From NCBI GenBank assembly GCA_964536835.1, contig CAZIAZ010000004.1, positions 18,861-82,860 of the forward strand: a stretch of 64,000 nucleotides of DNA, in the 5' to 3' direction. The position numbers and the translations under genes are program-made. Positions 17,067 to 27,013 of this stretch are shown here, piece after piece. The notes beneath the pieces are model-generated. The model was not told the origin of the DNA and did no database searches. It saw only the letters and a list, made by a program, of their open reading frames with translations. This stretch comes from an uncultured Planctomycetaceae bacterium (lineage in GTDB: Bacteria; Planctomycetota; Phycisphaerae; SM23-33). How positions within the stretch are numbered: position 1 is the first letter of the stretch; every line of letters begins with the position of its first letter.

Positions 17067-18569
17067 TCATCGCAGGCTCCTGGTGATTGTTTCAACCGCC
17101 TGCGTGGTTTTGGCATTGCCCGCGAATCGCAGCAGATACCAGTCAACGAGGGCCATCACATCCGGCTCGGTTGTCGGGCGGGCGAGTTGCACTTCGAGCA
17201 ACGCCGGTATGGCAGCCGGGTCGTTGAACTTCGCCAGCAGCATGGCTGCATAAGCCTTGGTGTCCGGATACGGACTTTTGAGACATGGCTTGGCCATGGC
17301 GGCGACGTTTCTATTCGGAGTCGCATAAAGCGCAACGATGGCAAGCTGTTTGAGCGGGTCGTTGTCGGGACGGCTGAATATTTCAGCCAGCACCTTGTCG
17401 GCAGCCGGCCGTTGCATGTCGCCGAGCACGCTTATGCCGGTAGCCAACAGCGTGTGCATCGGCGTTATGCGGGTGCTCGAAAGCTCACGCGACTGTATAT
17501 AGTTCGCCAGCGGCGCGATGTAAAAATCGACGTTGCGTTTGTCAGCCAGGTCGCTTTCGATACGGTTGTATACATACTCGACTATAATCGGATGGCCCAA
17601 ACTCAGCAGTTTCTGCAGATAAACGCCGGCACTCGACGCATTGCTCCTGCGAGCCAGCTCGAATCTCGCCATATCGCCGACGATGTCATTTCGGCTGGAC
17701 AGCTCGGTGAGCTGTTTGGTCGAATCGTCGCGCGACGCCAGCATTCGCATGATGTTGATGCTGAGGCTGAGATTCCGGCTGAGTTTGATTGCGTCGCAGA
17801 GCAGGTCGGCTGCGTTCGGGGCCATGGCATCGATAGCCATGAATCCGCGTATCTGCACCGGCAGCATGTCGTAGGAATTCGCTGCGTATTGAGCCACCGG
17901 CATGGCAGCCAGGATTTTTTCCCGCCGAATCTGGTTGAGCATGCTGATGATGAGTTCCGGCTGGGTCTGCTTGTCCAGCAGTATGCCGCGCAGATACTGA
18001 ACCTGCGCATTGTCGCCGTGAGCCAGCAACGTCATGGATGCGAACGTGGATACGTCCGTCATGCCGGACTTGACAAGGTGTTCGAGAAGCGGCTTGACCG
18101 CGGCGAACTGACCGCGGCTGGCTAGCGCGTTGGCTGCGACGACCTGAAGGTTGACGTCATCCATGTTAGCCACCTGCGCAAGTTCCTGGTCGGTGAGTTC
18201 GCTCATTTTCAAGAGTTGGCTGAGCGCTTCGCCGCGGACGCGCATCGCCGGGTCGTGGAAGAGTCTATCACGCAACAGGGGCACAGCCTGCCGGCCGGCA
18301 AGCCTGGACACCAGCCCCGTCGCCAACAGCCGTACGCGGTCATCTTCATTCCGCATGAGCTTGGTAAAAACCGGCAGCAGTGAAATGTCTTCCGTCGTAC
18401 TCAGCCGGTCAAGCAGCAACGCCATCTCTTTCCTGTCATTCAGGCCGGCCTGGAGAGATTTGACCGCTTCGTCGCATGAAACCTGCGGCACCTGCCCGAA
18501 AACTGTGATAAAAGACGTCGTAACCATCGCTGCCAGCGCAACGAAGAATTGTAATTTAAATTGCTTCAT
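17067..18569 (-). CDS. Secreted HEAT/armadillo-repeat protein
   Basis: N-terminal signal peptide, then repeated helical units of the type DDRVRLLATGLVSRLAGRQAVPLLRDRLFHDPAMRVRGEA. Confidence 0.55.
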   Translation of the reverse strand: MKQFKLQFFVALAAMVTTSFITVFGQVPQVSCDEAVKSLQAGLNDRKEMALLLDRLSTTEDISLLPVFTKLMRNEDDRVRLLATGLVSRLAGRQAVPLLRDRLFHDPAMRVRGEALSQLLKMSELTDQELAQVANMDDVNLQVVAANALASRGQFAAVKPLLEHLVKSGMTDVSTFASMTLLAHGDNAQVQYLRGILLDKQTQPELIISMLNQIRREKILAAMPVAQYAANSYDMLPVQIRGFMAIDAMAPNAADLLCDAIKLSRNLSLSINIMRMLASRDDSTKQLTELSSRNDIVGDMARFELARRSNASSAGVYLQKLLSLGHPIIVEYVYNRIESDLADKRNVDFYIAPLANYIQSRELSSTRITPMHTLLATGISVLGDMQRPAADKVLAEIFSRPDNDPLKQLAIVALYATPNRNVAAMAKPCLKSPYPDTKAYAAMLLAKFNDPAAIPALLEVQLARPTTEPDVMALVDWYLLRFAGNAKTTQAVETITRSLR

Positions 18570-18673
18570 ATTTTTCCTCTATTTACTCATTCATCGCTAT
18601 ATTCTGTTCTGAAAAAACCTGACAGTCAGTCCGCCATATTATGCAAAAGACTGCTGCAGGCGTTCAATAATCA

Positions 18674-19708
18674 TCAATAATCTTCCGGCCCGGGTTCGGG
18701 CGTGTCTTTGACGAGCATCTGGATGATTGCGTCGGTATTAAGGCCTTCCGCCTCGCCAGAAAAATTCATCATGAGTCTGTGCCGCAGAACGGCGGCAGCG
18801 GCGGAGCGGATATCGTCGCAGTCGACTGCGTATCTGCCGGCCAGGAGCGCCCTTGCCTTGGCGGCTAACACGAGGTATTGGCCGGCTCGCGGGCCTGCGC
18901 CCCATGACAGGTAGTCCCTGATGAATTGCGGCGCGGTTTCATCCGCAGGCCGCGTCGCGCGAACCAGCTTTACCGCATAATTCACCACGTGCTCACTAAC
19001 CGGAATCCGGCGTAATACGCCCTGAAGTTCAACTATATCACCCGCGGAAATCACCGGCGAAACATCCTGCACATCGCGGGAAGTGGTTACGGAAATTATT
19101 TTGCGTTCCTCTTCCAGCGAAGGATAATCGACCTTGACCATGAACATGAAACGGTCAAGCTGCGCTTCGGGCAGCGGGTACGTGCCTTCCTGTTCGATGG
19201 GGTTCTGCGTAGCGAGCACGAAGAACGGCTTGGGCAGTTCGTGCGTCGTGCCGCCTGCGGTTACGTGGTGCTCCTGCATAGCCTGCAGAAGGGCAGCCTG
19301 CGTTTTTGGCGGCGTACGGTTGATTTCGTCGGCAAGGACGATGTTCGCAAACACGGGGCCGCGGACGAAGCGGAATTCCCGCCGGCCAGTCGAACGGTCT
19401 TCCTCTATCACGTCCGTGCCGGTTATGTCGCCGGGCATGAGGTCGGGCGTGAACTGAATGCGGCTGAACGACAGTTCCATGACGCGGGCGAGCGTGGATA
19501 TCATCAGCGTTTTCGCAAGGCCCGGCACGCCCATGAGCAGACAGTGGCCGCCGCAGAGCATGGACGTCAAAAGAAGTTCCGTCGCCTGCGATTGGCCGAC
19601 AATGACCTTGTCAAGCTCGACGAATATCTTTTTGCGCAGTTCGTCGAATCGCTCTATGATTTTGATGTCGTTTGAAGTTTCGCTCATGGTTTCCTCACTT
19701 GTAGACAA
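18674..19708 (-). CDS. MoxR-family AAA+ ATPase
   Basis: Walker A GVPGLAKT, Walker B/sensor ADEINRTPPKTQAALLQAMQE, typical length of about 340 aa. Confidence 0.9.
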   Translation of the reverse strand: MSTSEETMSETSNDIKIIERFDELRKKIFVELDKVIVGQSQATELLLTSMLCGGHCLLMGVPGLAKTLMISTLARVMELSFSRIQFTPDLMPGDITGTDVIEEDRSTGRREFRFVRGPVFANIVLADEINRTPPKTQAALLQAMQEHHVTAGGTTHELPKPFFVLATQNPIEQEGTYPLPEAQLDRFMFMVKVDYPSLEEERKIISVTTSRDVQDVSPVISAGDIVELQGVLRRIPVSEHVVNYAVKLVRATRPADETAPQFIRDYLSWGAGPRAGQYLVLAAKARALLAGRYAVDCDDIRSAAAAVLRHRLMMNFSGEAEGLNTDAIIQMLVKDTPEPGPEDY

Positions 19709-20810
19709 TCATGTTATCGCGATGAATCGCCTCGTCGTAGGGTTTGTCGCCGAGTACAGTTGCTATTTCCGACGTTTTAAGGCCTTTGATGCGTGTCAGC
19801 GATTCGGCGTCGTAATTGCAAAGGCCGCGGGCTACGCGGTTGCCGCGGGTATCCGTCACAACTACCGTAGCGCCTTTGCCGAAATTGCCGGCTACATCGA
19901 CTATGCCGGACGGCAGAAGGCTTTTGCCCCGTTCCCGCAACGCCTTAACCGCGCCGTCGTCCACGATTATTCTGCCGGCAAGCCTGGCAGCCTGGCCTAT
20001 CCAGAGATATTTGCTCCCGATTCGTTTTTTCGCCGGCACAAAAACCGTGCCGATGTGTTCGCCGTCGGCTAACCGCAGAAGGATATTTTCCGTTCGGCCG
20101 GCTGCAATCACCGCCAGGCCGCCTGCACGGGCAACCATGCCGGCTGCCGTGAGTTTGGTAACCATGCCGCCAGTGCCGTGGGAACTTCTGGTCGTTTCGG
20201 CCAGGCTCATGGTTTCTTCGTCGACCTTCTGTATCACGTCGATGATTCGGCCGGCTTTCATTACGCCGGCAACGTTGGTCATGAGCACAAGCACATCCGC
20301 CGCAAGCAGATTGGCCACGTGCGCCGCCAGAACGTCATTTTCGCCAAACCGGATTTCATCGACGGCGACAGTATCATTCTCGTTGATGATGGCAACCGCG
20401 TTGTAGTCATTCAGCGTAAGCAGTGTGTTGCGTATGTTCAGATATCGCGTGCGGTCTTCAAAACCGTCGCGCGTCACGAGTATCTGCGCGACTCTCATCG
20501 AATGTTTGGCGAAAACGTCGTGAAAAATCCGCATGAGCTGGCCTTGGCCAATCGCAGCCAATGCCTGCAAATGCGATACGCCTATCGGCCGTGAATCCAG
20601 GCCCATGTCGGCCATGCCCGTGCCGATAGCTCCGCTGACGACAAGCGACACCCCTATGCCGCGCGAGTTTAACTCCGCAATCTGGCCAGCCAGCGAGTCG
20701 ATGAACTCGCGGTCCGGCCGATGGTCTTTCCCGCACAGCGTGTTCGTGCCGATTTTCACGACAAACCGCCGTGCCTGTCGAAGCAACTGTGATGGAGGTG
20801 TAGGATTCAT
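19695..20810 (-). CDS. proB: Glutamate 5-kinase with PUA domain
   Basis: VVKIGTN.. amino-acid kinase fold plus a C-terminal PUA domain. Start trimmed to MNPTPPSQ (ATG 20810), just downstream of the waaA stop. Confidence 0.9.
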   Translation of the reverse strand: MNPTPPSQLLRQARRFVVKIGTNTLCGKDHRPDREFIDSLAGQIAELNSRGIGVSLVVSGAIGTGMADMGLDSRPIGVSHLQALAAIGQGQLMRIFHDVFAKHSMRVAQILVTRDGFEDRTRYLNIRNTLLTLNDYNAVAIINENDTVAVDEIRFGENDVLAAHVANLLAADVLVLMTNVAGVMKAGRIIDVIQKVDEETMSLAETTRSSHGTGGMVTKLTAAGMVARAGGLAVIAAGRTENILLRLADGEHIGTVFVPAKKRIGSKYLWIGQAARLAGRIIVDDGAVKALRERGKSLLPSGIVDVAGNFGKGATVVVTDTRGNRVARGLCNYDAESLTRIKGLKTSEIATVLGDKPYDEAIHRDNMIVYK

Positions 20811-20814
20811 TTTA

Positions 20815-22149
20815 TCATTCCAGTTCGTCGGTGGCGATATCGCCAGCCAAAACGGCCGGCACACGGTGAAGTACGTGGCAGACAAGCTCGACATTGCGTT
20901 TTGTCGCACCCTGTTGCGAACGGATGTATCTCTGCGTCTCGGCGGCTGCCTTCGCAGTTGCCGCACCGTCAGCCAGCCAGCCTGCGACGCACTGTCTCAA
21001 CGCATCGCCATTCGCCACCCTCACACAGCCGTGCCGCACAAGGTCGTCAGCCTGCGGAAAATTGAACGTATGCGGGCCGAAACATACAGGTTTGCCCAAC
21101 GCCGCCGCTTCTATCATGTCTGAACCGCCCATGTGCACCAGCGAACGGCCGACGAATATCATGTCAGACAAACCGTAAAATTTGCGAAGTTCGCCCATGG
21201 TGTCACCCAGAATAACGGCGCGCTGCGGAAGGTTTTGCAGCTGCGTGGCATGGGTGTTGTGTCCGCTGCGACGGATACAGGGGAAACCGGCTTTGGTTAT
21301 CAGGCGGGCCACTTCGTCGAACCGCTCCGGCTTGCGGGGGACAATCAGCAGCGTCAGTTCTCCGCCTGTAATTTTTTTGCCAAGTGCCTCGAGCAGGATT
21401 TGTTCCTCACCCGGGCCCGTACCGCCTGCGACCAGCAGTTTGCCGGCTCGCGTGTCCAAGGCAAGCTGCGAGGCGATGATTTCCTGGCCAGGAACGCTGT
21501 CGGCAACCTGAATCGTGTCATATTTCAACATGCCCGTCAGATGCACTTTCGACGGTTCTCCGCCAAGCTCAATGAATTTGTGGCCGTAAATTTCATCCTG
21601 CACGCCGATAGCCGTCAGCCGGTTAAACAACGCTGCGGCAAGCAGGCCCAGCTTTTTGTATCTCGGATAACCCTTGTTTGGGCTCATGCGGCCATTTACG
21701 ACGACGGCTGGTATTTTTCTGCGGTTGCATTCAGCCAGAAAATTCGGCCAGATTTCACCTTCCATGAGAATCACGAGGGCCGGCTGCGTACGACGAATTG
21801 CGCGGCGGACTGCCCATGTAAAATCCAGCGGCCACTGGAATACCGTCAAAAATGGCGAATATGCCTTCTCCGCCGCCGCCATGCCGGTGTCGGTCGTCGA
21901 CGATATTACCACGCGATAATCCGGCAGTTGCGATTGCAATTCCGCCACAAGCGTGCGGGATGCGTTGATTTCACCGAGGCTTACGCCGTGCAGCCAGATG
22001 ACCGGCTGAAGGCCGTGACGCTCAGGCGTTCGGCCAAAACGCTGTAACCAGTTATGCCGGTATCGGCCATATCTGAACATCCGGAAAAGCAGAAACGGCC
22101 CGGCCGCCAACAATGCGAAAAAATAAATTATATCTAAAATCACGCCCAT
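20815..22149 (-). CDS. waaA: 3-deoxy-D-manno-octulosonic acid (Kdo) transferase
   Basis: N-terminal membrane anchor, then WLHGVSLGEINASRTLV, typical of KdtA/WaaA. Confidence 0.88.
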   Translation of the reverse strand: MGVILDIIYFFALLAAGPFLLFRMFRYGRYRHNWLQRFGRTPERHGLQPVIWLHGVSLGEINASRTLVAELQSQLPDYRVVISSTTDTGMAAAEKAYSPFLTVFQWPLDFTWAVRRAIRRTQPALVILMEGEIWPNFLAECNRRKIPAVVVNGRMSPNKGYPRYKKLGLLAAALFNRLTAIGVQDEIYGHKFIELGGEPSKVHLTGMLKYDTIQVADSVPGQEIIASQLALDTRAGKLLVAGGTGPGEEQILLEALGKKITGGELTLLIVPRKPERFDEVARLITKAGFPCIRRSGHNTHATQLQNLPQRAVILGDTMGELRKFYGLSDMIFVGRSLVHMGGSDMIEAAALGKPVCFGPHTFNFPQADDLVRHGCVRVANGDALRQCVAGWLADGAATAKAAAETQRYIRSQQGATKRNVELVCHVLHRVPAVLAGDIATDELE

Positions 22150-22255
22150 TTTTCATCAAATCCAAAAGCTGCAACTGTCATTCATTTAAAAACTTTTTAT
22201 ATCGCCATTACGCATGGCTGCCAGCGTAGTCGGTAAGGCAAAATATCTGCAACTG

Positions 22256-22528
22256 TCATTTAAAACCTTTTATGTCGCCCTTGGTGTATTTTTCGAGGGC
22301 TTTTGCAAGGTCGACATTGTTGATATTCGCCAGCGTGCACAGCCATGCGAAAACGTCGGCAAATTCCTCTTCCCTGTTAGCCTGGTCGTTGCCGGCCAAC
22401 GCGGTAGCCAATTCGCCCACTTCCTCTATAAACCACATGAACGTCCCCGGCGTACCGCGTTTCGAGTCGGTCGGGTAGTATTTATCCTTTATAAAATCCT
22501 GAAATTCCTTTACCGATATCGTCATCAT
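22256..22528 (-). CDS. MazG-like nucleotide pyrophosphohydrolase domain protein
   Basis: EEVGELATAL...EEFADVFAWL EEXX(E/D) motifs, 90 aa. Confidence 0.75.
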   Translation of the reverse strand: MMTISVKEFQDFIKDKYYPTDSKRGTPGTFMWFIEEVGELATALAGNDQANREEEFADVFAWLCTLANINNVDLAKALEKYTKGDIKGFK

Positions 22529-22614
22529 ATCATCCTTTGTTTAAACCCCATATTTTCGCTATTTTGACTCAATAGTCAATTGACTCTTCCAATTTACTGC
22601 CTAAACTGTAACTT

Positions 22615-23394
22615 ATGCATGAGTCGGACATATATTCGCGTCAGATGTTATTCAGCCGCATCGGCCGGGCTGGCCAGGATAGGCTCGCCTGCGCCAGGGT
22701 GGCTATGGTGGGGATGGGCGGCCTGGGCTCATGGGGGGCTGAGTTGCTGGCACGTTGCGGAGTCGGTTATCTGCGTCTGATAGATTGCGATGTGGTGGAA
22801 TATTCCAACCTGGCCAGACAGGCGATGTATACCCGTCGCGATGCCGATGAAAATATTCCAAAAGTGACCGCCGCCGCGAAACGGCTAACCGAAATAAATC
22901 CATCCTGTACGGTTGAGCCGGTAATGGCGCGCCTCGACGCCGCAAACGCCGGAACGCTTTTGAGCGCATTTGACGTGGTGCTGGATGCAACTGACGACTG
23001 GCAAACGCGATTCGTCATCAATTCATGGTGCGTAGCCAATAATGTGCCGTGGGTATTCGGTGGCGTCGTCGCCTCAGTCGGCCAGGTCATGCCGATAATG
23101 CCGCACCGTACAGCCTGTCTGGCATGTATTTACGATTCGCCGCCGGACAAACCACAGGAGCAGGCAAACAAAGCTTCAGCCGTCGGCGTCATCGGGCCGG
23201 CAGTGGCGGCTGTCGCAGCCTTGCAGACGGCACAGGCTGTGCGCATAATTACAGGCGATAAAAACAATTCCACCTGCCTGTTTCATCTGGACTGCTGGGA
23301 TTTGTCCACGCAGAAAATTGTTACGGAAAAACCTAATCCGCTCTGCCGCGTGTGCGGCGGACGGGGAGAGATGCAAAATGAATGTAAAAGATGA
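22615..23394 (+). CDS. ThiF/MoeB/HesA-family E1-like adenylyltransferase
   Basis: Nucleotide-binding [23 protein letters not shown], and two CxxC pairs (CLAC, CRVC). Confidence 0.85.
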   Translation: MHESDIYSRQMLFSRIGRAGQDRLACARVAMVGMGGLGSWGAELLARCGVGYLRLIDCDVVEYSNLARQAMYTRRDADENIPKVTAAAKRLTEINPSCTVEPVMARLDAANAGTLLSAFDVVLDATDDWQTRFVINSWCVANNVPWVFGGVVASVGQVMPIMPHRTACLACIYDSPPDKPQEQANKASAVGVIGPAVAAVAALQTAQAVRIITGDKNNSTCLFHLDCWDLSTQKIVTEKPNPLCRVCGGRGEMQNECKR

Positions 23395-24325
23395 TATTAC
23401 GTTGACAGTGGGAAACACCCCGCTGGTCAGAGTCCGAAAAACCATCCCGCAAACCGCCAACATTTTTGCGAAGATGGAGTGCATGAATCCTTTTTCGTCG
23501 GTCAAGGACAGGGTCGCAATTTCGATGGTCGACGCAGCTGAAAACGCCGGCCTTCTTGTTCGGGGCAAAGGCGTGATAATAGAACCCACCAGCGGCAACA
23601 CCGGCATAGGCCTCGCCATGGTCGCAGCCGCCCGCGGATACAAATGCATCCTGTCAATGCCGGAGTCCATGAGTATCGAACGGCGAAAAGTGCTCCGGGC
23701 GTTGGGCTGTGAGCTGATACTTACTCCAGCGGCGGAAGGCATGACAGGCGCGATTCGGGCGGCGGAGGAATTTGTAACCCAAAATCCGCAGGCTTACATG
23801 CCGCAGCAGTTCAACAATCCGGCTAACCCGCAGATACACCGGCTGACGACCGCGCCGGAAATATGGCGGGATACGGACGGCAAAGTCGACATATTCATAT
23901 CAAGCGTCGGCACGGGCGGCACGCTTACAGGCGTGGGTGAAGTGCTCAAGAAACACAATCCAGCCATAAAAGTCATAGCCGTCGAACCGGACGCCAGCCC
24001 CGTCATATCGCAGACCCTCATGGGCCAGACGCCTACCCCCGGGCCGCATATGCTCCAGGGCATCGGCGCAGGATTCATCCCCAAAGTACTTAACCTGAAT
24101 ATAATAGACGAAGTGATTCGCGTGAAAAACGAAGACGCCTTCGAATATGCCCGCAAGGCAGCCAGGGACGAGGCGCTTTTTGTGGGCATATCTTCCGGCG
24201 CAGCGTTGAAAGCCGCCGCAGTCCTGGCAGAACGCGAAGAAAACAGAGGCAAAAATATCGTCGCCATCATGCCCAGCTTCGGCGAACGATACCTCTCCAG
24301 CCCGCTTTTTGCGAATATCGATTGA
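23378..24325 (+). CDS. cysK: Cysteine synthase (O-acetylserine sulfhydrylase family)
   Basis: PLP-lysine motif NPFSSVKDR and GNTGIGLA. Start trimmed to MNVKDDITL (ATG 23378), overlapping the thiF-like gene by 17 nt. Confidence 0.9.
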   Translation: MNVKDDITLTVGNTPLVRVRKTIPQTANIFAKMECMNPFSSVKDRVAISMVDAAENAGLLVRGKGVIIEPTSGNTGIGLAMVAAARGYKCILSMPESMSIERRKVLRALGCELILTPAAEGMTGAIRAAEEFVTQNPQAYMPQQFNNPANPQIHRLTTAPEIWRDTDGKVDIFISSVGTGGTLTGVGEVLKKHNPAIKVIAVEPDASPVISQTLMGQTPTPGPHMLQGIGAGFIPKVLNLNIIDEVIRVKNEDAFEYARKAARDEALFVGISSGAALKAAAVLAEREENRGKNIVAIMPSFGERYLSSPLFANID

Positions 24326-24333
24326 ATGAAAAG

Positions 24334-25215
24334 ATGAAACAGCTTGTAGACTTGCATGTTCATTCGAATGAATCGGACGGCTCTTATTCGCCGGCGGATG
24401 TGATTGATTTCGCCGTAAAAGCCGGCGTATCAGCCGTCGCGCTTACCGACCACGACACCATCGCCGGCCTTGCCGCCGCCGCTTGCAGAGCTGCCGATTA
24501 TCCGCAATTATCGTTCATTCCAGGCATAGAAATATCGGCTGAATATTCACCAGGGATAATGCACATCCTCGGACTCGGCGTAAATCCGACGGATGCCGGA
24601 CTGAACGCCGTCGCATCGCGGCTGCGGGAGTCCCGCGCGAACAGGAATCCGCAAATAATCGAAAAACTTCGCAGCCTGGGAGTGGATATTTCATTCGACG
24701 AGGTTTTGGAAGAATCACGCAAGGATGCCAGCCCCGACGCCGTGCTGGGCCGGCTGCATATTGCGATGGTGCTGGTGAAAAAAGGTTTTGCCAGAAATAT
24801 AGCAGACGCATTTGAGAAATTTTTGGGCAATCACGCTCCTGCGTATGTGCCCAAAGACCACCTCTTGCCGGCACAGGCTGTCGCGGCGATAAACAGCGCC
24901 GGCGGCACGGCGATACTTGCCCACCCGGTTCAACTCGAATGCGCCAACGAGTTGCAGTTGGAGACGCTTTTACGAAAGCTCATGCACGTCGGCCTTGGCG
25001 GCATGGAGTGCTACCACAGTTCGCACAACGACGTTCAGACGCGGACGTATCTGCGGCTGGCTCAAAAACTGGGGCTGATAATAACAGGCGGCTCGGATTA
25101 TCACGGGCTTGGCAAGCCCGACGTAGCCATAGGCCGCCCGCCCGTGCCGATGAGCATTGTCGGCGAAAAAAACATCATGCGATGGCGCGGACAAGCAGCC
25201 GGTCTTCCGGCGTAA
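24334..25215 (+). CDS. PHP-domain phosphoesterase (TrpH/YciV-like)
   Basis: DLHVHSNESDGS and GGSDYHG motifs. The track start at 24322 is a TTG, so the first ATG (24334) is preferred. Confidence 0.8.
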   Translation: MKQLVDLHVHSNESDGSYSPADVIDFAVKAGVSAVALTDHDTIAGLAAAACRAADYPQLSFIPGIEISAEYSPGIMHILGLGVNPTDAGLNAVASRLRESRANRNPQIIEKLRSLGVDISFDEVLEESRKDASPDAVLGRLHIAMVLVKKGFARNIADAFEKFLGNHAPAYVPKDHLLPAQAVAAINSAGGTAILAHPVQLECANELQLETLLRKLMHVGLGGMECYHSSHNDVQTRTYLRLAQKLGLIITGGSDYHGLGKPDVAIGRPPVPMSIVGEKNIMRWRGQAAGLPA

Positions 25216-25873
25216 GCGTTTTGGCGTTGCGGAAATAATCCCGCGCAGCCTCAGCCGGCGTTTTGACTATGTCGGACGTCTTCATGAACATCACGCCTTT
25301 TGCGTACAGCCGCGGTATCTGCAACTCGGCTGCGTCCCATCTGCCAGGCGACACGACGGCATCGGCGGCTAAGACGACGCTGAAACCCCTTGCGCGAAGG
25401 CCTATCAGAGTCAGCGTCATGCCGCTATCGACATTCGCGCCGCATGCGATGAATGTCACCCCGTGATAGCCTTCCAGCTCCGTAAACAGCCGCTCTGTCC
25501 TGGCGTGCATGAAGAGGTCGGGATTGCGTTTTTCGACAATCACCTGCCGGTACAGGTCAAATATGCCGTCCGGCAGATCAGTGCTGTTGCGTATGCCCAG
25601 GTCGATATACGGATGTTGCAGCGTCCGGGGCAGCTTTTGTTCGCCTGGAGTGGCTTCGACGCAGTGAGGTTTCGGGCCGAGCGGGCCAAGCTCGCCCTGG
25701 CGCACGCGCAGCACGCTGCTGAGTACAGGAATGTGGTGGTCCTCTGCCCAGTCGAAAAGCTTATAAATATTGTTACGGACTTCGCCGGCACGATGAGAAT
25801 AAAAACTTCCGCCCGGCATAAAAAAGTCTCGTTGAGTTTCCATGTCCAGCAGTATCAATCGCTTTTCAAACAT
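25175..25873 (-). CDS. Isochorismatase/cysteine-hydrolase-like protein
   Basis: LILLDMETQRDFF..., FIACGANVDSGMTLT. Start trimmed to MFEKRL (GGAGGTGAG upstream). Confidence 0.5.
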   Translation of the reverse strand: MFEKRLILLDMETQRDFFMPGGSFYSHRAGEVRNNIYKLFDWAEDHHIPVLSSVLRVRQGELGPLGPKPHCVEATPGEQKLPRTLQHPYIDLGIRNSTDLPDGIFDLYRQVIVEKRNPDLFMHARTERLFTELEGYHGVTFIACGANVDSGMTLTLIGLRARGFSVVLAADAVVSPGRWDAAELQIPRLYAKGVMFMKTSDIVKTPAEAARDYFRNAKTLTPEDRLLVRAIA

Positions 25874-26276
25874 TTTCTCACCTCCCTGCTCATAAGCCGG
25901 CATCGGCGGCTGATGGTGAGCCATTTTTTCCAATACATTATACGCCCTATAGTGAGGTAAGGTTTCGATAAAAGTTCAGCCTTTCTGCAAAAACTTTGTT
26001 TCGCCGGCAAAAACAGCTCCAAAAAAATGTAAAATTGCTATTTTTTATATAATTTACTCAAAGTGGCCGATTCGCGTTATAAGGCTCGGTAACGACTTAT
26101 GCTGCAAACAATTACGACATGCGTGACAAATAGTTCTGCGATGTCGCCTTTGTGAGCCGCGGTAATGTATTTTATTGCAAAATAAGTCTTTTGCTTTTTA
26201 GCCTCATATGCGAAAAATCGTAAATCGGTCAGTTTGAATAAATTAAAGAACTTTTTATACAAAATACAAAAACTGC

Positions 26277-26305
26277 TTCACAATTTGCCGCACGATTTGT
26301 ATACT
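26277..26305 (+). promoter_or_regulatory. Sigma-70-like promoter for tRNA-Ala
   Basis: TTCACA, 17-nt spacer, TATACT. The -10 box ends 13 nt before the tRNA 5' end. Confidence 0.5.
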
Positions 26306-26318
26306 TTCCAAACCCTTC

Positions 26319-26391
26319 GGGGCCGTAGCTCAATTGGGAGAGCGTCGCGTTCGCAATGCGGAGGTTGAGGGTTCGATCCCCTTCGGCTCCA
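26319..26391 (+). tRNA. tRNA-Ala (anticodon CGC)
   Basis: Cloverleaf folded by hand. Acceptor GGGGCCG/CGGCTCC with G3:U70, anticodon loop TTCGCAA, T-loop GGTTCGATCC. Confidence 0.9.
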
Positions 26392-26401
26392 TATTTTCAA
26401 C

Positions 26402-26440
26402 AAAGGGCATGTTCGGCTGACGCCGCGCATGCCCTTTTTT
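26402..26440 (+). terminator. Intrinsic terminator after tRNA-Ala
   Basis: AAAGGGCATG..CATGCCCTTT followed by a T-run. Confidence 0.7.
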
Positions 26441-26578
26441 CATTGGTTTTACGCCCGACGTCAGGATAACATATCGGTTGGCGTATTTTATAAATACACA
26501 CAGCCGCCGGCTGATTGCAGGCCGGGGGTTTTTTATTCATAATATTTTTGCGATTTGTCATTTTGAAAGGAAAAAGAC

Positions 26579-27013
26579 ATGAATTGGGGAGCATTGAACG
26601 TCTGGTGGGTATATGCGCTGGCGTCGGCGTTTTTCGCAGCGTTGACGGCGGTGCTTGCGAAAGTGGGCGTAAAGGGCATAGACTCGGATTTGGCGACGGC
26701 GATTCGCACGATAGTGATACTGATTATTACTTGGGGGATAGTGTTTTTCAAAAATGGTGCGGGCGGTTTGAACAGCCTTTCAAAAAACAATGTGCTGTTC
26801 CTGGTGCTTTCTGGCATAGCGACTGGGCTGTCGTGGCTGTTCTATTTCAGGGCGCTACAGATGGGCAAGGTTTCGCACGTAGCAGCCGTCGACAAAACCA
26901 GCGTGGCACTGGCGATGATACTGGCGGTTATCTTCCTGCACGACGCACTAAGCCTGAAACTCATATTAGGCGTACTGATGGTAATGGCCGGCACGATGAT
27001 AATTATCCTTTAG
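26579..27013 (+). CDS. Small EamA/DMT-superfamily membrane transporter
   Basis: 144 aa with about five hydrophobic helices (WVYALASAFFAALTAVLAKVGVKGI...). Confidence 0.65.
   Translation: MNWGALNVWWVYALASAFFAALTAVLAKVGVKGIDSDLATAIRTIVILIITWGIVFFKNGAGGLNSLSKNNVLFLVLSGIATGLSWLFYFRALQMGKVSHVAAVDKTSVALAMILAVIFLHDALSLKLILGVLMVMAGTMIIIL

Noticed and set aside
17049-18125. Long antisense ORFs opposite well-supported genes. This one is 358 aa; others are 21133..22047, 39342..40304, 41007..41864, 55930..56727, 56271..56966, 8140..8730 and 50669..51283.
   Set aside because: These are shadow ORFs on the strand opposite genes with clear family motifs. They have Arg/Ala/Ser-rich low-complexity translations, no RBS and no recognisable domains.
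26077-26262. A 61-aa ORF in the AT-rich region upstream of tRNA-Ala
   Set aside because: Lys/Phe-rich translation of AT-rich DNA, with no RBS. It overlaps the likely tRNA promoter region.
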